A stretch of 37,718 nt of DNA, taken from an uncultured archaeon (GTDB lineage Archaea; Asgardarchaeota; Heimdallarchaeia; Heimdallarchaeales; Heimdallarchaeaceae). The DNA is taken from the NCBI GenBank assembly GCA_964534625.1, contig CAZHRF010000001.1:172039-209756 (forward strand). Direction: 5' to 3'. The notes below the pieces were generated by a model. That model saw only the letters and a program-made list of their open reading frames with translations, did not search any database and was not told the origin of the DNA. A program made the translations under genes and the position numbers. This document shows, in pieces, positions 1 to 7,207 of this stretch; the stretch's first letter is position 1; each line of letters begins with the position of its first letter.

Positions 1-28
1 GAGACAGAAAAATAAATGGTGATAAGAA

Positions 29-235
29 ATGGCAATACTCAAGACAGATGAAATTAGACAAATGTCTCCTGAACAACGGAGAAAAAAGCTCAATGAATTT
101 AAGAGTAAACTCTTTAATGTAAAAACTGAATTGGCAAGTGGAGGGAGCATTGAAAATCCCGGTCAAATTCAAGAATATAAAAAAGCAATCAGTAGGCTTC
201 TCACTATAATGACAGAATTAGGAGAAATCTATTAA
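29..235 (+). CDS. rpl29: 50S ribosomal protein uL29
   Basis: MAILKTDEIR...ENPGQIQEYKKAISRLLT matches archaeal uL29; GGTGA SD upstream. Confidence 0.95.
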   Translation: MAILKTDEIRQMSPEQRRKKLNEFKSKLFNVKTELASGGSIENPGQIQEYKKAISRLLTIMTELGEIY

Positions 236-259
236 TTTTTCTTAATTTTTGTGATCTAA

Positions 260-577
260 TTGGCCTCTTCAGACATGTCTAATGAAGAGAAAAGAAGATA
301 TGTTTGGAAGGTTATGTTAACCGGTTTATATGGACTTAAAGTTGAAATAATCCATAGTAGTTCAGAAGAATTGATAGGAAAAAAAGGAATTATTATCGAT
401 GAGACAAAAAACATGTGTTCAATAAAACTTGAAGAAAGATCAAAAATTATTACCATTCCAAAAAAAGATCAGCTCTTTTCTTTAGAATTACGAAAAGATA
501 TAATCATTCTTGTAAAAGGGAAAACATTGATTGGAACACCAGAAATGAGAATAAAAAAACGTCTGTGGTTTTGGTAG
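260..577 (+). CDS. rnp1: RNase P protein component 1 (Rpp29/Pop4)
   Basis: L.GL.VEI..S....LIG.KG.IIDETKNM...IPK...F...G..L.G.PE.RIKK; conserved position between uL29 and uS17; start TTG 260 or ATG 275. Confidence 0.88.
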   Translation: MASSDMSNEEKRRYVWKVMLTGLYGLKVEIIHSSSEELIGKKGIIIDETKNMCSIKLEERSKIITIPKKDQLFSLELRKDIIILVKGKTLIGTPEMRIKKRLWFW

Positions 578-693
578 TAGTAATTAATAATATAATACAT
601 CTCATCTATAGTCCTATCTTATTTTTTCATTTATGTTCTTTTTCAGATATCTGTTGATAGTCGTTTTTTCTGAGTTTGATTTTTAAAAACTTA

Positions 694-713
694 ACAATAA
701 AAAGGATTAAAAA
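694..713 (+). promoter_or_regulatory. BRE/TATA-like promoter motif upstream of rps17, shared with rpl32e
   Basis: ACAATAAAAAGGATTAAAAA, 19/20 identical to 6513-6532. Confidence 0.5.
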
Positions 714-782
714 AGGTAAATGGTCGAGTAATTTATCCTAGTTTAAATTAAGTAGAATTAGAAAATAATTAGAACTAAGGTT

Positions 783-857
783 ATTGACGTCTTACTTGAG
801 TTGTAAATTCAAGCCAAAATTGTTCCAATAAATTGGTGCATGGGTACAAGACGCAAT
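783..857 (+). ncRNA. candidate structured 5' leader (three-way junction) of rps17
   Basis: ATTG-A-CGTCTT(783-793)/AAGACGCAAT(848-857); CTTGAGTT(795-802)/AATTCAAG(806-813); CCAA(825-828)/TTGG(833-836); ends 3 nt before the SD GGAGTGA. Confidence 0.5.
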
Positions 858-873
858 TCCGGAGTGATATTAG

Positions 874-1227
874 ATGTCAAAAGTTAAAAATAAAGTAAAT
901 AATATTGGATTAGAAACAGAACCTCCCACAACAAGTTGTGATGATATGCGTTGTCCATATCATGGTAAACTATCTGTGAGGGGACGTATTTTTGTAGGAC
1001 GCGTTATATCAGATAAACAACGGCGTACTGTAGTGATTAGAAGAGATTTCTTGCGATATGTAAAGAAATATAAACGTTATCAAAGAGAGAATGGAAAAAT
1101 AAGTGCCCATAATCCTCCTTGTATTGATGCAAAAACAGGAGATCTTATTCGTGCAGCTGAATGCAGGCCTCTTTCTAAGACTGTAAGTTTTGTAGTTGTA
1201 GAGAAAATTACTGAAAGCAAAAGGTGA
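874..1227 (+). CDS. rps17: 30S ribosomal protein uS17
   Basis: C.D..CPYHG.LSVRGR...G.V.S.K...T.V...AHNPPC...GD.....ECRPLSKTVSFVV. Confidence 0.97.
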   Translation: MSKVKNKVNNIGLETEPPTTSCDDMRCPYHGKLSVRGRIFVGRVISDKQRRTVVIRRDFLRYVKKYKRYQRENGKISAHNPPCIDAKTGDLIRAAECRPLSKTVSFVVVEKITESKR

Positions 1228-1232
1228 TATTG

Positions 1233-1649
1233 ATGGCGAAAAGAAAAACAGTAGGAAGACCACAAAAACACATTACTGCTGGTTTAATGGTAGGAAGTAG
1301 AATAAAATGTGCTGACAATTCTGGAGCACGAATTGTTCAGATAATAGCTGTTTCTCGGTATAGGGGTCGATTAAATAGAATTCCTCGGGCTTCAGTAGCT
1401 GACATGGTGATGGTTTCTGTAAAAGAAGGTAGTCCTCAAAGGCGAAAAACAATTCATCCGGCTATTGTTATAAGACAAAAGAAAGCTTATAGAAGACCTG
1501 ATGGAACTTGGATCCAATTTGAGGAGAATGGAGTTGTCTTAACAAATGAAGTAGGAGATCCATTAGGTTCAGAAATCAGGGGACCTGTGGCAAAAGAAGC
1601 TGCAGAAAAATGGCCTCGTGTAGCACACGTTGCTTCAATAATAGTATAG
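1233..1649 (+). CDS. rpl14: 50S ribosomal protein uL14
   Basis: CADNSGAR...RQKK.YRRPDG.WI.FE.N...I.GPVAKEAAE.WPR; ATG 1233 after a GGTGA SD. Confidence 0.97.
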   Translation: MAKRKTVGRPQKHITAGLMVGSRIKCADNSGARIVQIIAVSRYRGRLNRIPRASVADMVMVSVKEGSPQRRKTIHPAIVIRQKKAYRRPDGTWIQFEENGVVLTNEVGDPLGSEIRGPVAKEAAEKWPRVAHVASIIV

Positions 1650-1660
1650 GAATGATAGTT

Positions 1661-2188
1661 ATGGGAAAAAATAAAACAACACAACCAAGAAAACAACGTA
1701 AAAGAAGATATTCTGCACCACTTCATCAAAGAAATCGTCGTATGACTGCAAGACTTTCTAATGACTTAAAAGAAAAATATGATGTAAAACGATTATCGGT
1801 AAGAAAAGGCGATAAAGTTAAGGTATTTAGAGGAAAAAGACCAGAAGAAGATATTAGTGGTAAAGTAATTCGCGTGTTACCCCAGGAATATGCTATTCAT
1901 GTTGAAGGACATAGTAAAGAAAAAGCCGATGGTACGATTGTTAGTTTTCCAATTTCTCCCTCTAATGTGATAATAACAACATTGAATTTAAGAGATAAAA
2001 AGAGAAAAGAAATAATAAAAAGACGATCCAAAAAAGATATTTCTGATGAAGAGTTTGAAAGTATTTTTGAAGAAGAAGAAGAATATGAGGAAATCGAAGA
2101 AGAGGAAGAATTTGATGATATTGATGATGCATTTGATGATTTCGAAGAAGACTTTGAAGATTTTGATGTAGAGGAGGAGGATAACTAA
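1661..2188 (+). CDS. rpl24: 50S ribosomal protein uL24 with a long acidic C-terminal tail
   Basis: QPRKQRK..Y.APLH.R...KOW motif VRKGDKVKVFRG, PISPSNV; start refined to 1661. Confidence 0.95.
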   Translation: MGKNKTTQPRKQRKRRYSAPLHQRNRRMTARLSNDLKEKYDVKRLSVRKGDKVKVFRGKRPEEDISGKVIRVLPQEYAIHVEGHSKEKADGTIVSFPISPSNVIITTLNLRDKKRKEIIKRRSKKDISDEEFESIFEEEEEYEEIEEEEEFDDIDDAFDDFEEDFEDFDVEEEDN

Positions 2189-2943
2189 TGACAAAAGGCG
2201 GCGGAAAAAAACATCTTAAACGATTAGTAGTACCGAACCATTTTCCAGTCAGTAAAAAAGCAGAAAAATTTGTAGTTCGACCTGCACCAGGACCACATTC
2301 ATCTGATGAATGTATACCCCTAGCAATTATTATTAGGGAATTATTGGGATATGCACGGACAATGGCTGAGGTAAAGAAAATTTTACATGAACGCAATGCA
2401 ACAGTTGACGGTCGTGTAAGAAATAACAGAAAATATCCTGTAGGTTTTATGGATATAGTAGGTTTTCCTAAAATAAACGAATATTATCGTATGGTTTATA
2501 AAAAATTAGGTTTACGTGTTATACCTATAGAGGAAGAGGAAGCAACAATAAAATTATGTCAAATTACAAACAAAACCACATTAAAAGGAGGTTTAATGCA
2601 ATTAAATTTACATGATGGTAGAAATATTGTTGTAGAATCAGATGAAAGTAAGAAACATAACTATAAAACACATGATACCCTAAAAATAACTATCCCCGAT
2701 CAAGAAATTCAAGAAAAATATGAACCTGTTGTTGGAAACTATGGTATTATTACTTCAGGAAGATGGATGGGAACCCATGGAATAATAGAAGAAATTGGAG
2801 AACATGGAACCATGAAAACAAAAAATGCAACAGTAAGAACGCCTTCTGGACAAGTTATACAGACATTATACAGATATATCTTTGTTGTTGGGAATGATTC
2901 TCCTATGGTGAGTGTCGTCGAAGAAAAGAGTGAAGAACAATGA
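2188..2943 (+). CDS. rps4e: 30S ribosomal protein eS4
   Basis: KKHLKRL..P...P.PGPH...VDGRVR...YPVGFMD...QLNLHDGRN. Confidence 0.97.
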   Translation: MTKGGGKKHLKRLVVPNHFPVSKKAEKFVVRPAPGPHSSDECIPLAIIIRELLGYARTMAEVKKILHERNATVDGRVRNNRKYPVGFMDIVGFPKINEYYRMVYKKLGLRVIPIEEEEATIKLCQITNKTTLKGGLMQLNLHDGRNIVVESDESKKHNYKTHDTLKITIPDQEIQEKYEPVVGNYGIITSGRWMGTHGIIEEIGEHGTMKTKNATVRTPSGQVIQTLYRYIFVVGNDSPMVSVVEEKSEEQ

Positions 2944-3512
2944 GTGGCGAGATAATTAATATAATGGAAATTGAAACCCATTTTGAAGAGGAATGGGAAA
3001 AAAATCCAATGAGAGAACCAATATTAAAGGCTGTGATAGTTAATGCTTGTGTAGGTCAATCTGGACCACAATTTGAAAGGGCAAAAACAATCCTAAAACA
3101 ACTAACAGACAGAGAACCAGTAGAAAGATATGCAAAAGCTACCCTACGAGGTTTTCAAGTCAGAAAAGGAGAACCTATTGCCGTTTTAGTAACACTAAGA
3201 GATGAAGAAGCAAAAGAATTTCTTGACAGGACTCTATATGCCGTGGATTATTCAATAAAAAAATCTTCATTTGATGATCTAGGTAACTTTAGTTTTGGTG
3301 TATCGGAGCACATAGATATAAAAGGTGCAGAGTTTGATCCAACATTGGGAACAATAGGTTTTAATGTAATAGTAAAACTTGAGAGACCAGGATATAGGAT
3401 AAAATATAGAAGAAGAAAACGGCAAAAAGTCCCTAAAGATCATAGGTTGACACCTGAAGAGGCTATGGAATTTGCAAATAAACGGTTTAATATAAGAATA
3501 ATTGAAAGATAG
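2940..3512 (+). CDS. rpl5: 50S ribosomal protein uL5
   Basis: NPMREP...VN..VG.SG...RKGEPI...VTLR...FD..GNFSFG..EHI...RPGYRI..R. Confidence 0.97.
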   Translation: MSGEIINIMEIETHFEEEWEKNPMREPILKAVIVNACVGQSGPQFERAKTILKQLTDREPVERYAKATLRGFQVRKGEPIAVLVTLRDEEAKEFLDRTLYAVDYSIKKSSFDDLGNFSFGVSEHIDIKGAEFDPTLGTIGFNVIVKLERPGYRIKYRRRKRQKVPKDHRLTPEEAMEFANKRFNIRIIER

Positions 3513-3519
3513 TGATAAA

Positions 3520-3687
3520 ATGCAAGAAGAAAGAGAAATAAAATACGGCAAGGGCTCAAGAGAATGTAGAAGATGTGGAACACATAAAGGATTAATTCGA
3601 AGAGGAGGCCTGTTACTCTGTAGAAGGTGCATACGTGAGGTATACAGTAATCTTGGGTTTAAAAAGACAGGAGCAAGAGGCGGATAG
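3520..3687 (+). CDS. rps14: 30S ribosomal protein uS14 (Zn-binding type)
   Basis: YGKGSR.CRRCG...GLIR...L.LCRRC.RE...LGFKK. Confidence 0.95.
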   Translation: MQEEREIKYGKGSRECRRCGTHKGLIRRGGLLLCRRCIREVYSNLGFKKTGARGG

Positions 3688-3696
3688 GTGGTTAAA

Positions 3697-4089
3697 ATGG
3701 TACAAGTAGATCCTATGGCAGATGCACTAACTGCAATATATAATGCAGAAAAAGTGGGTAAAAAGAAAGTGCAAATAAAGCCAGCAAGTAATTTAATTAA
3801 GAGTGTATTGCTAACGGCATTAAAGGCAGGGTATATCGGTGAAGTAGAGGAAATAGCAAATAGGCGAGGAGGGGTTCTACAAATACAATTGTTAGGAAGA
3901 ATTAACAAGTGTGGAGCAATTAAACCAAGATACTCAGTAAAAAAAGATGAGTTTGAAAAATGGGAACAAGAATATCTCCCAGCAAGAAATTTTGGAATAC
4001 TCGTTATCTCAACTCCAGAAGGTGTAATGGTTCATACTGAAGCACAAGAACTAAACATCGGAGGAAGATTGTTGGCATATATATACTAG
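3697..4089 (+). CDS. rps8: 30S ribosomal protein uS8
   Basis: DP.ADAL..I.NAE..GK...LLGRINKCGAIKPR...YLPA..FG...STP.GVM.H.EA. Confidence 0.97.
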   Translation: MVQVDPMADALTAIYNAEKVGKKKVQIKPASNLIKSVLLTALKAGYIGEVEEIANRRGGVLQIQLLGRINKCGAIKPRYSVKKDEFEKWEQEYLPARNFGILVISTPEGVMVHTEAQELNIGGRLLAYIY

Positions 4090-4098
4090 GTGGTAAAA

Positions 4099-4665
4099 AT
4101 GGTACAACTAGTTAATATAGAAAAAGAAGTAGAAATACCAGAAAATGTTACGGTAAAAATGGAAACGAAAATAGTAACGGTAAAAGGACCAAAAGGAGAA
4201 TTGACAAAAAGCTTTCAAAGATTTGCAGATGTAGAAATGAAACTAGAAAAAGATAAAATGACATTTAAAACATATTTCATAACAAAAAGAAAAAAAGCAA
4301 AAATAAACAATGCAGTAGGATACTTTGAGAATATGATATACGGGGTAAAAAAAGGATATAGATATAAATCAAAAATAGTATTTAGTCACTTCCCAATAAC
4401 AGTAGAACCAGACGTGAAGAAAGGAAAAGTAACAATAAAAAACCTATATGGAGGAAGAAAACCACTGATGGTACCAATAGTAGGAAAGGAAACAACAGTA
4501 AAAGTAGATGGAGACGACGTGATAACAGAAGGAATAGATAAAGAAGCGGTAGGACAAACAGTGGCAAACATGCAAGAAATATGTAGGTTAAGAGGAAGTA
4601 GAAAGAAAGATCCGGAAGTCTTCATGGACGGAATATGGAGATATGAAGCCGAAGTTATGGAATAA
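4099..4665 (+). CDS. rpl6: 50S ribosomal protein uL6
   Basis: EIPENV...VKGPKGEL...NMI.GV..G...SHFPI.V...G.DKEAVGQT.AN...KD..VF.DGI. Confidence 0.96.
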   Translation: MVQLVNIEKEVEIPENVTVKMETKIVTVKGPKGELTKSFQRFADVEMKLEKDKMTFKTYFITKRKKAKINNAVGYFENMIYGVKKGYRYKSKIVFSHFPITVEPDVKKGKVTIKNLYGGRKPLMVPIVGKETTVKVDGDDVITEGIDKEAVGQTVANMQEICRLRGSRKKDPEVFMDGIWRYEAEVME

Positions 4666-4670
4666 TCCGT

Positions 4671-4700
4671 CTATTTTTTTCTTTTTGATATTCTTTTTTT
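4671..4700. terminator. oligo-T tract between convergent rpl6 and flavodoxin-fold genes
   Basis: CTATTTTTTTCTTTTTGATATTCTTTTTTT directly after the rpl6 stop; archaeal U-rich terminator type. Confidence 0.55.
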
Positions 4701-4702
4701 AA

Positions 4703-5188
4703 CTATTCTTTTTCAATTTTAATATTTGAAAATATTTTACCTATTCTTATTGTCCAATTAATTACTTCTCCCCAATCAATGTTTTCGATTATAATTTCCT
4801 TATTAATACTAATCTTGGATCCAAATACTGCTGTGTCTACAAGTTCCAACGGTAAATAATTTTGTAAAGTGCTTTCTACATGCGCCTTATATCCCTCAAT
4901 ATCCTTCCTAGTTTCTCCAACTTTAGCTGTACAATAAAAAGAGGCTATGTTTGCTTGTTGGGGAGCCTTCTTTAGGAGTTCTTTACTAATTTGAGCCCAT
5001 TGAGGCAAATCACTATCGCTACCGATTATAATAAAATCATAGGTAGAGAGTTTTGGAATATGATTTTTGTCGATGTCTTTTAGTTCAACATTGAACTTAT
5101 ATTGCTCTTCGAGCATTAGCTTCATCTTAGATGCGATTTCGACGGAAACATTTTTCTCTGATTGGTATATTATAGCTATTTCATTCAA
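4703..5188 (-). CDS. flavodoxin-fold protein (HemG/Flavodoxin_5-like)
   Basis: IAIIYQS...EIA...YDFIIIGS...A.F...FG...IDW..V..W; TTG start with AGGAG SD; FMN phosphate loop degenerate. Confidence 0.65.
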   Translation of the reverse strand: MNEIAIIYQSEKNVSVEIASKMKLMLEEQYKFNVELKDIDKNHIPKLSTYDFIIIGSDSDLPQWAQISKELLKKAPQQANIASFYCTAKVGETRKDIEGYKAHVESTLQNYLPLELVDTAVFGSKISINKEIIIENIDWGEVINWTIRIGKIFSNIKIEKE

Positions 5189-5291
5189 TTTTCTATATCT
5201 CCTGAAAATATTAATAGTTGAAATAAGATAGATATGACTGGATTAAAATATATATCTAATACCACTATTTAATATTTCTGCAAACTTTTCC

Positions 5292-5308
5292 CAAACTGGT
5301 ACAGTTTG
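5292..5308. promoter_or_regulatory. palindrome, possible operator in the divergent flavodoxin/ridA spacer
   Basis: CAAACTG-GTA-CAGTTTG. Confidence 0.3.
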
Positions 5309-5406
5309 AATAATTTTTAACATGAATATAGTAAATTAATATCTGAGCACGCCAAGTTTTTCCTAGATAAGTCGTTACTATACTTTTTCTTTTGTGAAGG
5401 TGACAT

Positions 5407-5488
5407 TCTAATATGGGGGTGGTAATAATATGTTCCTACCTTATCGGCAATAGAAATACTGTTTTTTTCCACTGGAAACAAAGTGCTT
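5407..5488 (-). pseudogene. possible remnant of a multicopper oxidase/cupredoxin gene
   Basis: Minus strand reads IADKVGTYYYHPH (GTYYYHPH at 5436-5413); another frame just upstream reads VSSGKKQYFY; resembles the MCO domain-1 motif PG...Y.F.A...GT.WYH.H. Confidence 0.35.
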
Positions 5489-5542
5489 TATCAATTTTCA
5501 ATATGAGAAAGATTTTTTTATGATCTAATGCAATGGTTCCAT

Positions 5543-5926
5543 ATGTCTTCAAAAAAAGTTATTAAAACCGAAAAAGCACCCGCTCCTGTGGGTCCTTACT
5601 CTCAAGGCATTGATACTGGAACGCTATTATTTGTGTCTGGACAAATTCCCGTTAATATGGATACTGGTGAGATTGTAACTGGTGATATTCAAACAGCTAC
5701 TAAAATTGTTTTAGATAATATACAAGCTGTCGTTGAAGAAGCTGGCTATACAATGGCGAATGTTGTTCGTTGTACCGTTTATCTCAAGAATCTTGATGAT
5801 TTTGGGGCCATGAATGACATCTATTCACAATATTTCAAAGACAGTCCTCCTGCTAGAGTAGCTATAGAAGCTAGTAAACTACCAAAAGATGTGGACATAG
5901 AAATCTCTGCTATAGCTGTTAAATAA
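5543..5926 (+). CDS. ridA: RidA/YjgF/UK114 enamine deaminase
   Basis: APAPVGPYSQ, LFVSGQIP, F..MN..Y..YF....PAR, LPK...IEI.AIA. Confidence 0.93.
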   Translation: MSSKKVIKTEKAPAPVGPYSQGIDTGTLLFVSGQIPVNMDTGEIVTGDIQTATKIVLDNIQAVVEEAGYTMANVVRCTVYLKNLDDFGAMNDIYSQYFKDSPPARVAIEASKLPKDVDIEISAIAVK

Positions 5927-6028
5927 ATTGGTTATTTTTTTCTTTTTTTATCCGATAAACCATAAACTCTGTATCGAATATTTTTGTAATTGTACAATAT
6001 TTATATGCACAAAAATCATTTCATATTT

Positions 6029-6421
6029 ATGGATATTTTAAAGCAAGAACTTAATATGGATTTTGATGAAGCGATAGACAAAGTGAAGTCTGCTTTACAA
6101 GATGGGGGTTTTGGCGTTCTCTCTACTATTGATATAAGCACCCTTTTGAAACAAAAATTGCAATTAGATGAGTATAGAAAGTGTACAACAATTTTGGCCT
6201 GTAATCCAATATTAGCTGACAAGGCGCTTGATGCATCTATTAACATGAGTACTTTGTTTCCTTGTAGTTTTGTAGTCTATGAAGAGGATGGAAAAACAAT
6301 GCTTTCTCATATTTCTATTATGAAAATAGGTCGTGAACTAGGAATAGCAGATAAAGAGAAGATGGATGCTGTTGTTGAGTTAACTGGCAAGAAAGTAAAA
6401 GCAATCTGGAACAATATATAG
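6029..6421 (+). CDS. DUF302 domain protein
   Basis: FDEA...V..AL...GFGVL..ID....LK.KL...IL.CNP..A..AL.......PC..VVYE. Confidence 0.88.
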   Translation: MDILKQELNMDFDEAIDKVKSALQDGGFGVLSTIDISTLLKQKLQLDEYRKCTTILACNPILADKALDASINMSTLFPCSFVVYEEDGKTMLSHISIMKIGRELGIADKEKMDAVVELTGKKVKAIWNNI

Positions 6422-6512
6422 TTTTGACATTTTTCTTTTCATTTCCTTTTTTTTGAATATTCTAGTGTTTTCTGCTTATTGTGTACTCCTTTCTTCCTTT
6501 TTTAAAAAAACC

Positions 6513-6532
6513 ACAATAAAAAGTATTAAAAA
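6513..6532 (+). promoter_or_regulatory. BRE/TATA promoter upstream of rpl32e
   Basis: ACAATAAAAAGTATTAAAAA about 40 nt before the ATG; near-identical to 694-713. Confidence 0.55.
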
Positions 6533-6573
6533 CACTGTAAGAAGTTTTTGAATGAACCATTGTTGTGATGTAG

Positions 6574-7146
6574 ATGACAGAAGACAAGAAAAGATTACTT
6601 CGATTAAAAGAAAAAATAAAACGTCGAAGACCAAACTTCGTCAGACAAGAAAGCTGGCGTTATAAACGCGTTAAAGAAAGTTGGAGAAGACCAAAAGGTA
6701 TCGATAACAAGATGCAAGAAAAGCGAAAAGGTTATCCTAGAAAAGTTGGCATTGGTTATCGAACACCAAAAGCAATTCGTGGTTTACATCCTTCTGGCTA
6801 TGAGCTTGTCTATGTCACAAATCCTTCTAATTTAGATGGCGTAGATCCCGAACTTGAAGCTATTGTGATTTCTAGCACAGTTGGTCGAAGAAAAAAACAA
6901 GCCATATTGGATAAAGCTGATGATCTGCGTATTAAGGTAATTAACAAACCTGCTCGTGAAGTCAGTGGAGAAATCTTTGAGGAAGCTGTGCTTGAGGATG
7001 AGTATGAACTTCTTGAAGATGAAGATCTAGAGGGATTCGACGAAGAATTTGAATTAGAAGATGATTTAGATGAGGATCTGGATCTTGATGAAGACTTTGA
7101 TCTTGATGAAGATTTGGATTTTGATGACGACTTAGGCGATGAATAA
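6574..7146 (+). CDS. rpl32e: 50S ribosomal protein eL32 with a long acidic C-terminal tail
   Basis: RP.F.RQESWRYKR..ESWRRPKGIDNK...GYRTP...RGLHPSG. Confidence 0.96.
   Translation: MTEDKKRLLRLKEKIKRRRPNFVRQESWRYKRVKESWRRPKGIDNKMQEKRKGYPRKVGIGYRTPKAIRGLHPSGYELVYVTNPSNLDGVDPELEAIVISSTVGRRKKQAILDKADDLRIKVINKPAREVSGEIFEEAVLEDEYELLEDEDLEGFDEEFELEDDLDEDLDLDEDFDLDEDLDFDDDLGDE
7063..7134 (+). repeat. imperfect 18-bp tandem repeat x4 (DLDEDL-type) in the eL32 tail
   Basis: gatttagatgaggatctg/gatcttgatgaagacttt/gatcttgatgaagatttg/gattttgatgacgactta. Confidence 0.7.
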
Positions 7147-7207
7147 ATCTCCTTGTTGTCTATGAAATGATTAAAATCAAATAAAGCTTGGTTATGGACG
7201 TGAAAAA

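Noticed and set aside
3279-3908. Long antisense ORFs over r-protein genes (also 1962-2396 and 6810-7241)
   Set aside because: They overlap well-conserved genes on the other strand and are explained by codon bias or acidic low-complexity sequence
5366-5445. GATAAG...CTTATC pairing as a SAM-I or other riboswitch
   Set aside because: Arm order and core sequence do not match SAM-I; a coding remnant explains the region better
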